Below, piece by piece: positions 1 to 13,600 of a DNA stretch of 64,000 bases. Both the position numbers and the translations under genes were made by a program. The stretch covers positions 654,116-718,115 of the forward strand of contig CAJINV010000014.1 in the NCBI GenBank assembly GCA_905178155.1. The letters run 5' to 3'. Under the pieces are notes generated by a model. It saw only the letters and a program-made list of their open reading frames with translations, searched no databases and was not told the origin of the DNA. This stretch comes from Amoebophrya sp. A120 (taxonomy: Eukaryota; Protista; Dinoflagellata). Positions within the stretch are counted from its first letter, which is position 1; every line of letters begins with the position of its first letter.

Positions 1-314
1 GTGCCGCGGGTACCTTTCATCACCACAATTTGATGCTTCGCGTTCGTAGCCGGAAGAAGTTGTAACAATTATTTGCATGCTCTTTCACGACATGTCCGTG
101 ATACACTTTGCATGCGTAAGCGTAACGAGATCACCAGCTGCAAGCGAAAAAATAATTATGCGTGCAATCTACACAGAGTGATACTGGTACAGGTTTTTTG
201 CGTGTAGTACGTTCAGTCGCTAAAGTTTTTCTTTTGTTTTACTCGTTCTTTCTACCACAATCACATGCATAGTATTCGTGTTGCTTGACTGTATACAGAA
301 GCATTTCACTCTTG

Positions 315-3300
315 TTATATACTTTCGCCTCCTCCTGGTGTCAGCGTCCTGCTGCTGACCAACGCTGCGTTGCTCTCCGAGCTGGCTTCCGACCTGGCGC
401 TGGCAAACGTGCGCTTTCGCCACTGCGGATTCGTGGACCGCATAAAGAGGATTTGCAGGCTCTGCGTGGTCTTCCTGATGGACGAAGACGATGTTCCTCC
501 AGTCGTTGTATTGGCTCCAACCCGTCCCGACGAGGACGGCGTACTGGGGCCCCCACACGACCCGCGGGCAGATGCTGTTCCACCTCCACTGCGACCTGGC
601 GTCGTGATGGTTTGCCCACCTCGCCCGGGCGTCGACGCGGCACTAGTACCTCCACCTGTAGTTGTTGCACCACCAGGAGGAGCTCCACCAACAGCAGCAG
701 CAGAGTCGCCGATCGTGCTGGTGCTGCACTCGTGCTCTTTCCAACCGTTCACACAAATCAGAAACCCACTGGTCTGGATCTCGAAAAGGGTGTCAATGGC
801 CTGCATGGGCCGGTCCACGTATGCACTGCAGCGGACCAAGTCGCGGAGAAACCTATGCATTGCAAAAGTATCGGACTTAGTATAAATTGCATGACAAATT
901 TTGGCAAGAAGGAAAGTCACATTTGTAATGCTGTTTTGCCGTAGGAAAAATATTTGTCATGCTTATTTGCGATTCCGATTCGTACGAGTACGATACTTTT
1001 GCACAGGATAAAACCCCTCCAACTGGGATTTCCAAGAACTGATCAGCTTCTTCAAGTGCTCGAACGCCAGCCAGTTGCTCGTCTGAACCTCAAAAGGGTA
1101 GTGTCGGCCGCGGGAATTATGGCCGCCCGAAGCGGCAGTCGCCCCGCCAGAGCCACCACGCCCGCCGCCACGGGACGATGACGAGCCGGTAGCACCACTA
1201 GGCTAGTACTGTGCAAAAGTCTCGTATTCTTAGGAATGTTGGCAAATCAGGTGTGTTTGGTTTTAATCAGGCAACTATTCGACAGCAACAGCATAAACAA
1301 ATTCCCTTCCTTGTCATGCTCAAACCTGTTGTATACGCGATTTGAGATTTTCTACCACTATTCTAGATACGATCACTGCTTTATTTGCAATGCATAGCCA
1401 ACCGGTTGGTGCAAGACCTGCAAGGGCAGCGCTGCGTCCGTGAGCGGTGTCACTTCGACCCGCTGGAAGAGCCTAATGCCGTATCCAATGCAAATTTGTC
1501 TGGGTGTGATGCGCAGTAATTGAATTCAACTTTATGCACGGCGGACACAAAAAGTTGTTTCGTCATGCAGCTCAGGCAAAAATGCCAAACCTTCTTCCAA
1601 ACCGTGACGCTAGGGGGCCTTGCAAGAAGCCAGACCTTCTGGGTCATACTGCAGGAGCAGCATGACATGACAACCATCAGCAGTCTTCCAGACCTGACCC
1701 AGACATATTTGATGCAGTGGATATGCCGATACAGGGAACAAAACGTGGGTGGTTTTGCGTGGAGCCCGCACTGCTACCGCTTCGACCTGGCAGTTGATAG
1801 AAGTACATCGATAGATTTGATTTGCGCTAGCCGTGCAAAAACTTCAAAAAAGCTGCGCAAAAACTACAGCAACAGCAAAGACAAAAAAGCGCACGACAGG
1901 TACTAGCTCAACCAAGACCAACCCCGTCGAAAACAAATTATCTATCAGTACGATATTAGAGGTACATGCATAAGATGATGAACAAGGCACGATACATCAT
2001 TAAAGATGAATTCAATGTTGATCGTAGGGCAGGTTTCATGCACATGGACATGATGCCCTTCATTTTTCAAAACACAGCCTTTTCATCGCTATCGCACGCA
2101 TTGAAGTTGCTGATGTCCTCCTGCTACCTAGGCTCGCGGCGAAGGAACGTTTTGTAGTCACTGGAGGTTGTGCGTGCGACTCCGCCCCTGTTGCTTGGTG
2201 CTTGCCCTGATCGACGACATGATGCACCGACGCGCGGGGATTCAGAAACACTTTCACATAGCCCCTGCTCTTGTCGCCCGGCAGCCGGAGAAGGAGCTCG
2301 CGCATTTTCTGCACGAGGCAGGCCTCGATCACGATCGATTCCGTCTTGCATCGAATGCACACCCTCCCCGTGGGGAGTTCCCGCTGGTAGGAGGAGTTGT
2401 TGCGGGCCGACAACATGATTTTAATTTTTCCTGGAATAAATTCAAATCATCTTCTCGTGTAGTTGTTAGATGACAAGGAGGACGAACTGCAACTGCTCCT
2501 GCTGCGTCCTCTGCGTGCTATGTCAACACTCATGAGGTATACTGGAGTTCTTGGCTTCCTTCTCATTGAGTGGTGTGTACCGCCAACAAGCACATAAACC
2601 AAATAAACTTTCGCTTGCCTGTGTTTGTAGATCCAAATAACTACTCCCAGGCCACCAGGGATCACAAAATATTACCCCTCCAGGGGACTAACACTAAGAC
2701 AAAGACGTAGCAGGAGCGCATTACTTCATCTTGTATTCTCCACCAATTGATATTGACGATCATGAACCAAGAGACGCGGGTTGACTTCAAGAAAAAATCT
2801 ACGTAGCAGCACAGACAGGTGCGGGCGACAAATACATCGCGCAAAGGTGGTTCGTTCTTGATCTTCATTTTCTCTTGCTGGTCTCATATGATGTAGATTT
2901 ATTTGTACTTATTTACAATCTCACAGGTCGTGGACATCGTCATCACAGCACATCGCCATCACATCTTCAACAGCATCTTTTCTTCCGTCCTCCCTTCAAC
3001 ATCCATGTACTGATACCACAGCAGAAACAACAAGCCCAACAGGCTCAGGTGGACGTGGAGTTGACAGCAAAGAAAAAGATAAACAAGAAATGTGGGAGAC
3101 GGTGTAAGTAAGTAGTTTCTTGTTATTCTTCCTGGTCTGAGAAAGTGAGCGGGAGCCAGGCCGGAGGTACAACTAGTACTAGCGGCCCCACCAGATCCTG
3201 TTCTTGATCCTCTACTACATCTTCAAGAAAACGCGTATCATCTTCCACAGGAACAAACATTCATGAAACGTCGGCAATTCGTCCGCCGTCAAAAGCTCAG

Positions 3301-4660
3301 AACAAAAGGCAGCTCCACTAGTCATACTCTTTCCCCACGAGGAAAATAAATCTTCACGTAGCATTTTCCTTTTCGGGGTTCTACTTCTCCCGAGTTTGAT
3401 TTCTTTCAAAGGATTCGTGTTTCTTTGTAGCCAAACCTCAGAAGAAAGGTAAGGGGAGCCAATTATATCCACTTACGTCAGAAAAAGAAGTGTTGGAGAA
3501 GTGCGAAACGGAGATACTAGGTCATCCTCCTCCTCCTGCCCGTAGTATCAGATGATATTAGTGGTGCGAAAATTCAGAATCCTACTACGGCGCACCACGA
3601 TATCCAAAATTATTAGAAACAGAAACATTAATCGTGAGCAAACGTCTTTAATTTTTTAAAAGATTTACAGCAAAACAAATAAAGCTCTGCAAAATATTTT
3701 TGATCTTGACCATCTTGGTGAAGGTCCTGTATTCCGATGCTCTTCCCTCCATCAGAAAAGGCAGAAGGAGCATCCATTTTTGGCAGAGTTCTTGGAATTA
3801 TCTGTAGTTGTAAAATCATGATCACCATCTTGCTCCTTCGAGTTCGACGGAGTTCATCTTAGACGATGAGGCCAGCGGTATAATCAAAACTTATGTTCGA
3901 GCATAACGTATGTAGAACAACTTTTTTTCGTCGTACAACCTGCAGGCACTCTTACCTACTTCAAAGGTCCATTTCCTCAAGTAGTTCCCGGCACAAAAAG
4001 GTGTGGTAGCAACTGTGCCGTGGCAGCCGGCTGGTGATGTCAAAATTTTCCACGCCCGGAACCTTGTAAAGACCCTCCCTACCGATAAAAAAGTTCCCCG
4101 CCAAGGTATGCAAAAATACAAATCGACTTATATTCTACCCGAACATGTACAGAATTCTGCTTGTGCGGCCTCACTTTCTTGACAAGAACCGTTGCTGTTC
4201 TTATGATCTTCTTCATCTTCTTGAAAAAGCACTTACAAAACACAAAAATGCAGAAGTACTGGTGATCGTCTTTGTCATGCAAGGACGGGCTCAGCATAAT
4301 TCGTACGTGTACTATGGGCAACAATCAAATTTGTAAGTGCATACACGGCCTCGGAGTCGTACAGCAGCTGGTCCCGGAGACTGTAGAAATTCAGAAACCG
4401 CCCGGTGATCAGATGCCTCTTGACTTCGTACCATTTCTGCAGCGCGGCCTTTTTCTGAAAATTCGAACTATGGAGTGGTGCAAAAGTAGGTACAATAACC
4501 GAAAGCGAATGGCACAGCAGGACCGTAGAGGGAGAACTTGTACTTGAAGACAAGACCTTCATTGAAATTCTAAAACGAAAAACATATTGACAACGAACTG
4601 GAACGCTGTCCTTTCTCAACCTCGGGCTCCGCGTGAGCCTGAGGTCTTTCGTGGCTCCAT
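315..4660 (-). CDS. Multi-exon uncharacterised protein; possibly the 3' part of the giant gene at 4700-14960
   Basis: Removing the elements at 854 and 1482 gives continuous frames (...SSWKSQLEG/FLRDLVRCSAYVDRP..., ...RFVPCIG/IRLFQRVEV...). Protein-like ORF pieces at 2060-2416, 3215-3472 and 4275-4619; their introns are not resolved. Confidence 0.55.
854..1010. mobile_element. Introner family B (TIR TATNNNNTGCAAAAGTATCG)
   Basis: TIR, TSD AAACC, frame restored. This copy can be drawn as GT...AG. Confidence 0.9.
1204..1396. mobile_element. Degenerate introner family B
   Basis: tgtgcaaaagtctcg...tttgcaatgcata; TSD eroded; interrupts an open frame. Confidence 0.55.
1482..1723. mobile_element. 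Introner family A (TIR TATCAAATGCAAAAATGTCTGGGTCTGGAAG), diverged
   Basis: TSD TGCCG, frame restored. Confidence 0.85.
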
Positions 4661-4699
4661 ATAGAAATTTTGTATTTCTTTCATTTGTCTTTTATGCAT

Positions 4700-7600
4700 T
4701 TCCGTTGTATGCATCTTGCGGAGTGAACGCGTTTCAATTGCAAATTCATTCGATATGCTACTTTTGCATTTTTTCGTGCATACTGACTTTCGTGCTGCAG
4801 ATCTTGGATCACTTCCTCCTCAATGTCGGCTCCCAGTTCGATCGCCCGCGCAGCCGCGTGTCGAGGGGCGCTTGCTCCCAATCGTCCGCGGTTGGGCTTC
4901 TGCTCCTGATTTTCATCCTGCAACCCAGAAGTAGTTGTCCTCGTCTTCACTGGTGCGCCCTCTTGTAGAGATGCTGCATCATGCTCGTCTACAAGAACTT
5001 GTCGCGCACCAGTACTTCTACCCAGTGAGGATACAGCCGGCGGCGCAGAAGCGGAGGACGATGATCCAGAAGTGGGGGCGGTCGTCTTTCTACTTGCAAC
5101 AGTAGAACTCCTACTCGTGGTACTCCCGCCGCCACGTCGACCTCCCGCCGCGGACGACCCAGCTGCACCAGCAGAAGTACTTGAGGTTTTCTTTGCGCTG
5201 TCCAAATGCAGGAAAAACACGTCCAGCAGGCGCACGTGGGCCCCCATGAAAACCACGTTCTCGATCACACTCGTCAACTTGGGAGGGGGACGAGGACGAC
5301 GACCTTGTTGCGCAGCACCACGAGCAGAGGACGAACTACGGGCACAATCTGGAAGATCTCGTCCGAACAAGTTCTCATCTTCTACCTCGCCTTCTTGTTC
5401 TATGCGGTCGTTGTGCTGCTTCATCAGCATATGGAGTTCCAGCAGCGCCGTCAGCACGACCTTGCAACCGAAAGAGTAGGAGATCAGGGAGAACTTCTTG
5501 CTCCGGGATGATGTTGTAACGAGAGCGAGCGCTGCGTTCTTAGTACTTCTACCGTTGTTGTTGGCACTACGTCCACCATTTATTTCCTCTCCCGCTTCAA
5601 GTAGACCACCACGGTGCCCACCAGGAGAAGGAGATGAATGTGAGTCAGTGTGGTCAAACTCATCTTCGTCGGCTGGTGCACCTTCCAGATTTATTTTCGT
5701 CCGATCCGTTTGACGTTGTCTTTCCGTCTGCCTCGTCGACGCCGATCCTCCCGCAAGAAGATGATCCTCCATTTCGTGATCTGCTTGGGCTTGTGCGACG
5801 GTCATCTGGAAGAGAAACCTCCCGAGCTCGATATGGCGTTCTCAACTGTTACATTCTCAACTGTTACATGGGTTTGTGATGCAAGAATGGCAAAAGTGAA
5901 AGGGGTCAGCTTGCGCGTCTTGCATGACAGATCTAGCAAAGATCTTCGGCCTGTTTGGCTCTTCGCGAATTTGTCATGCGAAGCAGCTTGATCGTGTCGA
6001 TTCTGATTATGATTTTGCATTACAAATCATGTAACAGTTGAGAATGTAACATTTGAGAACGCCATACTCGACCCCGACCTGTTTGAACCGGTGAATCGAG
6101 ATCTGTTCGACGTTATCCAGTGCAAAAGTATCGCACTCGTAGTAAAAATCGCAGCTATGCATTACAAATCTAGTTGGTTAGGTAAATCCGCATTACAAAT
6201 TCAATTTGTAATGCTGAGCCAATTTGCATTGCGAGTTATACTAGTGCGATGCTTTTGCAGTACATAGACGTCGTTCAGCATCTCCTGCACCCGCTGCACC
6301 CCCAGGTACGCCAAATTTGGCGGATTCAGCAAGGAAGTGAGCACCTGCAGGTAGAAAAACCGATTGCTAATCGCGTAGAAGTCTTCGGACCGATACTCGA
6401 GCTCCTGGTGCATGCGGTACATCTGTTGCGTTTCGTACCGGAGAAGCAAAATGCTGTCTGGACAAGAATTATCTCCGTTATGATACTGTTGAACTGTAGT
6501 GGCAGATGAATTCCGGACTGTGTGTTCTCGATCTCGTCTTCCACTTTTTACAAATGCCAACCCCTTCGTAAAGGTGTCGTAGTGTTCGTGTCTCGTTTGG
6601 ATCAGGCCGCCCGGTACGCAAACGAAGAAGTGGCGCTGCGGTCGTTTGCCGCTCATATTAGAGGACATACTAGATGACCACGGCTGCACGATCGTGTTCA
6701 TCTTTCTCGTCGAGATATAACTGCCGCGCTGCTCCTGCTGTCGCTGTGAAGATGATCGCAAGGCATGTTCATCTTTTGATGCGCTCTTCCGCTCTTGAAG
6801 ATGACTATGTTCTTGTGCTGGGTTGGTGTCCTCGTGCTCATGAACTACAACGGTCTTGTCGTCCCCACTAGTGCCGATAGTGACACCGTATCTTTCATCA
6901 TCCTCATCAAGACCCCCACCGATGAGACCACCTCCACCTACGACATAATCGCCCCCAAAACTGCTGCCCTTCGGACAAGAGCTGCGCATCATCTGCACAA
7001 TATCCAAGGCGATTTCCCGCACCTCGCCCCAGCGGATGGTCAGAGACTGGCTCGCCTGGTTGTAATTCATGAGCCCATACAGCACAAACAGCACCACATA
7101 CAGCTCGCCACTGCCGACAAAGTCCAGCAACTTCTCAACGCGCAGCGCTCTGGCCGTGTTGCACAAAACTGTTTTGAACAGAAACCGCACGGGGACCGCG
7201 AAGAGGTAATGAAACAGGTAGCTCTGCAATTTATTCGTCGTTTGCAGCATCAGGTTAGTCCCGGGGGGTAAGGCCTGCGCAACATCGGAAACCGTGCTTG
7301 CAATCTTGTTGGTAGTGGTACTTGCAGCGGCCCCCCCAAGATCAGTCGCAGAGGTAGATGCGAGTTCGTACCAGGCATGGTCTTTGCAAATCACGTTTTC
7401 CAACACCAAATGCAGCATCTGTGCCGTCCCGGCCACGGACGTCGCCAGGGCGAACCCGTATCAAATGTAAAAATGTCTGGGTCTGGAAGAGTGGGACTTG
7501 TAATGCTGTCTGCGGATTCTAAAAGTATCTGTGTTGCGTGAGCAGTAAGAGGAGTCAGTTCTTGGCACGCGGAGAGGGCATTTGTCGTGCGTAATTAGCA

Positions 7601-10600
7601 TCAAGAAGCTCTCAAAAAATCTGTGATGCTAGCACCAGCATCACAGACCTGATGGGTCATGCAAAATGTGCATGACAAGCCCCGACTCTTCAAGACCCAG
7701 ACATATTTGCAGTTCATAACCCGGCGAAGAGACCGATGCCCACGGTGATTGCGTAGTACTTCCACGGCTTCGTGTATGACAGGAAAAAAGTGTTACAGTT
7801 ACACATTGTGTTGCAAGACCGGCAACGCAGACAACCTTTCTCATGCAGGAAATGCTTGGGAGCCTCGTTTCCTTCCTGTTTTCCCGTATGATCTTCGCAT
7901 TACAAGTTTTCTCTGCCACACAGAGAAAATTTGTGATGCAGAAACTCAAACAAATGTGTAACTGTATACACTTTTTTCTCGTCATATCGTGTCCAGCGTC
8001 GCGAGCCGCTCGGGCTTCAACACAGAGAATGCGCTTGAAGATTCCGGGAGCTGAATCAACGAGGTCGGGTCGAAATACAACTTCACCTGGTCGCGGAGAG
8101 TAAGGTAGTGCAAGTTGTCCTGGGCGGCATCTACAACTTCGGGAGGACCTGGCGTTCCTTCGTGTTCCGCGGCGGCCGTGTTGATGTGATGATCCTCCTC
8201 CTCGTCACCGGCAGAGGAACCAGGAGAAGAAGCGCCTCCGAAGAACCTAGCAGTACTGCCAGCCTCGTCATCCTTATTTCGCAGTGCTGCTGGTGGTGGT
8301 TTCGAGCCCAACCGAACCGACTTCGTCTTGAACAGCGTGGACAGGGAAGCGGAGGGGAAATAATTCTCGAAAACTGTCCTGTCAGAAACATCTTCCCTAT
8401 GGCGCTCCTCCACAACATCACCGATTGTCGCCACCAGGTCCCTCAAATCGTCTCCGGTGATAGAATGAAAGTCGGAAAAACTCGTGGGCGGATTTCGATT
8501 TTCAGCGGCAGCGTTAGCATCTCCTCGCAGCTGCGATAATAAACTAAAGAGCAAACTCAACGTCCCCGCCATCCCCTCGAAGTCGACAAGTTTTGTTCCG
8601 GCGACAGAAGTAGAGATGGTGGGACTCGACGACACTTTGATCAATTTCTTGGGTCCACTACGTCGGGAATTGCTCCGGCTTCTTCGGGTTCCGCCAGCGA
8701 GAGCGAGCTGCAAAATCGCGGCGAGAGAGAGGAGCACGAGGGCGGCGGGGGTTGTTGCTTGAAAAGCAGCTTCTCTGTGCTGGTCCTCGACCACTAAGTT
8801 TCTTGAATTCGAAGACACGTCGCTGTCCTTTTCTTCAACACCAACTGTGGGACGAGGATGACCTTGACCAGCATTAGGCTGCTCCTGCAGCTCACCGGAC
8901 GATGTCGCACTCGCTTTTTCAACATCACCGCGGCCTCCTTTATCAGCCACGTTCTTGTACAAGAACACTGTCGTCAAAGTATCCGAATACGCCTCCATGA
9001 GACTTACCAACCTCTGCGCACAACTCGCCGACGTAAAAGGCAACAGGAGCAGCCCGGGATTTGCCTGCAATGCGGCCGGGGTATTGGCGATCTTCCGGAG
9101 CACTGCCAGGCCAGGATCATCGTCGGCGAGGACGTGATCAACATCTTGGAACAATCCCCGACCGGGAGCTGTGCTTCTTGGGAGCAGCTCCAGGGCCATC
9201 TTCCTAGTAGACGAGGACGCTTTGTTCGCATCTGTATTGTCCGTTCGTAAGTGAAGTTCTTGCCCTGCTCGCCGTTCACTATGAACATGGTCCTGCCCTT
9301 GCTCGGATAGAAGTAGTTCCTGTCCCACTTGCTCCGGCTCGTCCAATTCCAAACCCAGGAACAGACTTCTGCACAGCAAACCCAAACTCTTCCTACTTTC
9401 CACTGGCAGATCGGACTCGTGCGCCACGTTCCGCAAAAATTTTTCGACCGCACTCGCAAAAACGAACTTCGCAAAAACGACGCGAAGGTGGTAGGACAGG
9501 AGCGGGGAAGAAATGGTGCGACCTTGGGCTTGCAGGGGCGGAAAGGTACTATTTTTTCTACCGTTCTTGTAGAACAAAGAACCTCCAAGCGATTTTTCCA
9601 CAAGCGCGTCCCGCTTTTTCCGAATCACCTTGACGGCTTCTGGCCCGCCGGTCACCGTGTTATCCCCCTCCCCGCCCGTGCCGGAGCCGAGGACAAATTC
9701 CTCGCCGCAGACCAGACACGCCTGAAAATCTTCGATGCAGGAGAGACACAGAAGAGAGGGGGAGAAGCTGCTGCCTTGCGCGTCCTTTTCCTTACCAGCA
9801 CGACCAGCACACGCAGCCACCACGCCAGGATGAAATATTTCTCCTTCGCAATTCGCACAGCGAAAAGGTGCTTTGTTTCTGCTACCGCTGCGGCCTCTCG
9901 ACGAGGAAGCTGTGGATGTTGCACGATAAAAATACCTTCGTGCGAGTTCCTGCCTGTGTTCATCGCAACACGCGTGCATCGTTAAACTCTCCACATTCAA
10001 CCGGTCCCAGTCCTGCCACGCTGTGAGAAGGTCTTGGGGTATAGGTGTTACAACCGAGTGTGCTAGCGCGGTCGCTTCTTCTAGCGCGGAGGTCCTCTGA
10101 TGCTCCTTATAGAAGACTGCGTTTACTTCATTTCCCATAACTACATCATCCCGCGACCACGCGCGTTCTTCTGCAGACGCCCTGTAGAAGTCCATCTTCA
10201 CGGGAGCTCCTCCTGCTGCACTACTGGAACTAGAAATCAAGCCGCCTCCCGCCCGCAGCCTTTTCCGCCCGTCGCCCTCTTTCTCCCGCGCCTTCAATTC
10301 CCGATGGTAGGAAAACTTCTCCGGGGGCACAAAGGTCTCCGGCCGTACGTGCGTCACGTGCAGCACTGCTTTCCCGACTTTCTTTTGCACGTTGAACGCG
10401 GAATACAGGGGAATCTCCACATTGGGAAGGTCGAAAGCTCGGCTGAGCAGCTTCGATATTTTGTCTTCTACTTGATGTCTTCGGGCCTGGTGGTGCTCGT
10501 CGTGTTCAGCAGCTGCAGTTTTTATGATCTCGTCTGCGGCCGCCGACGATGAGGATGCTGTTGCTGCCGCAGCAGCAGTCTCCATAATTTGGATTTCATC

Positions 10601-13600
10601 TCCGCAATACAGAAGTTGCGACCAGAGACTCTCCAACTCTTCCAGCTGGCGTTCTTGTTCGTCCCGGTGCCCGGTAGTGATCATAGCCCCTGCCTTGTCC
10701 TGTCGTGTTTGACTTTGCTCTACTGGCGCTCTTCGTTCACGTTCTCCTCGTTGTCGCGTCGGAAGGGTCGTGTTCTGCAGCTTTCGTGTTGGCAGTTGCT
10801 GCAAGTGCAACGTCAAAACACAGTCTGCCAAGAACTCATCGACGTCCAAAAAGCCGAAAGCGATCTCCGCGGGCTCTCCGATAATCATTTTGTCGTGGTA
10901 AACGGACACCCTCACCTTGTAACAGGAAGAGTCGCTACTCCTCGTTCCACGAAGAGGACTCAGCAGGTGGTCGTGACCATCGCCGAAAGAACCGCCTCCT
11001 GCTTGTCCTCGGAGAAAAAACGTGGAGCGGCAGTGCTTAAATTGCAACACCAGGTCGCTCTCCTGCGTGAACCACTTGCGGTACAGCAATTTCGCGAAAA
11101 ACCCCTCGTGCGAGCTGCGCGTGACCTGTAGTATCAAATGCAAAAATGTCTGGGTCTGGAAGGATGCGAACTTGTGATGCTGGATTTGGATGCTATAAAA
11201 ATCTGTATTGCATGAACAGCAAAAGCGGTCCAGTTTTTGCCCCGGCGAGAGGGCATTTCTCATGCGGCATAGGCATCAGAAAGCCCTCACAAAATCTGTC
11301 TCTGTGATGCTAGGGCATCCATCACAGACGTCAGGAGTCATCGTCATGCAACATATGCATGACAAACCTGGCAACATTCCAGACCCAGATATTTTTGCAT
11401 TTGATATGTAGTGTAGACTCTTTTTGGCCCTCGTTCAGCTCGGTGATCGCTTTTTTTTTGTCCTTCCCGAACCCGAGCCCCGTAGCGAAAACCTGCTTGA
11501 CTTCGAAGGCAGTGGAGAGCTCGGTAAAAATGTCGTACGCGTTCACGTATCAAATGCAAATATGTCTGGATCTGAAAAAGTGCAACGTTTGTCATGCACG
11601 TTTTGCATGACGCGTGAGGTCTGTGATGCATGTCCTAGCATCCCAGATTCTGTGAGATCTTTACCATGCCGCCCCCGCATGAGAAACTGCCTCTCGGCCT
11701 TCTCAAAAGTGAACAGCTGTATTGCTAATCATGCAACGCAGATTTTCGTATGATTCAGATTTAGCATGACAAGTTGTACTCTTCCAGACCCAGACATATT
11801 TGCAATGCATATCACGGTCGCGCGGTTCAGCAAACTATCCGTGCCGTACGACTGGTTCGCGGAGAGAAACTGGCTATCCTGTGCAAAAGTATCGTTCTCG
11901 TACTAATCGAAGATATGCATGACAAATCCAACTTTCTACCTGAAATAGCATGACAAATTGCATTTTTGTTCTTGAGAAAATTTGTAATGCAATTTATACT
12001 AGTACGATAATTTTGCAGTGCATACTGGTCGAGCCGCAGCAATTCGGTGGAGGCCCGGTGTGTACACAGTGGCGTGGTGAAGGACTGCAGACTCGAGGTG
12101 GGCAGGTGCTGGTTGCTTGCAGCTCCAACTACTACGCCACCAGTTACCGTCCTTGCGCTGGTGGTGCCTCCAGCGGGAGGAGCTCCTGTAGTTGCTGCTC
12201 CGGAACTCATATCCTGTGCAAAAGCATCGCACTCGTAGTAATCGCAGTCATGCATTACAAATCTCCATCCGCATCCCAAGGTAGAACAGCATGACAAATT
12301 GCATTTGTCATGCTAAGCCAATTTGTATTGCAATTCATACTAATACGATACTTTTGCATATGCATAACTCACTAGAGACACGAAGCAGAACGGGCGCAGT
12401 GTGTTTTTCAGCTGCATCTCCGTGGTGTACATCCGTTCAAACTGCTTCTCGGCCGTGTAAACCGCATGGAGTTTATGGAATACAATCATGATATCAGTGG
12501 TCCCCACCTCGGTCGTTCAGGAATTCCAAAGTTGTATTGCACAAAACTAAAAGGAACTACTTACATAGAGAGAATCATATCAACCACTGCTGCACTGCTG
12601 GCAAAACAAGCGCCAGCTGGGCAAGATGAGCCGCACTGCTTGCAGCTTCGACAAGGATGACAAGAGGAAGTTGGCACTTCCACTTCTCGAGAAGGCTTTG
12701 CCTTATTTGTGCGATGGTCATGGTGCTGCTCCTGTATCATGACAAACTCAAACTTCGATCTCTGTGCAGAGGCGGGGCACCAAATTCATCAAAGATTGCA
12801 ATTTGCGTATGGCTGCTCTGCAATGAAGACCGCAGGGAAAAGTCTTTGGAGAAGAGAAGGCGCAGCAGGTGTATTTCTACGAGAGGAACCTCCGGCAGCA
12901 GATGAAGCTGAGCTCGCATTTGTGGGGGGGAAAACCAAATTCCCAAAACCGCGGCCATCCTGTTGTTCGTTTTCTTCATCGTCCTCTTGGATCGGAATTT
13001 CGGAAATACGCTGAGTATTTGAGGTAGATTCGTCGCCCTCGTAGAAGTCGCTTCCCTCTTCGCCATTCACGTCAACATTTGCCGTGTTCGTTCCGCCTTG
13101 TTGTTTCTTCTTTTTACCGCTATAATTTCTTGCGCTCCTACTTCTTCTCCTGTGTTCCTTTTCATCCGCTTCCTCCTGCCAGCTCGCCTCCGCCCGCCGG
13201 TGGCGGACTTCCTTCAGCTCCACGCGCAACTGCCTCACGTCTAGCAACTGGCGTATCCTCCTGCCAACCAGACGCTTCAACGCTTTGATTCGCACAGTTC
13301 TTTTTGTCATTTCCCGGCTGGAAGTCGAAGTTCTACTTGTGCTCGTGCGGCGTACTTCAGAAAAAGCACTTGTTCTTTCATCTGTGCTGCTGAAGAACTC
13401 CCAGGACAGCAACAGTTTCCCTACCTCCAACCCTTCGACCGGGTCAATGATGGGCAACGTGCCGTAGAAATTGTTCAACGACGTTCTCGTAGTTCTTTCC
13501 TCTTGATCTTCTACCCTGTTCATCCCGCCGAAGAACGTGTTCCTCCCGCGGCTCCCGCCGAAAAGCGGGACGATGCAGCTGCCGACTTCCTTTACCTCCG

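Noticed and set aside
2060-4620. Alternative genetic code or stop-codon readthrough to explain fragmented ORFs
   Set aside because: Wherever junctions could be resolved, stops fall inside introns or elements, and long exons are open in the standard code. Unresolved short introns are the simpler explanation.
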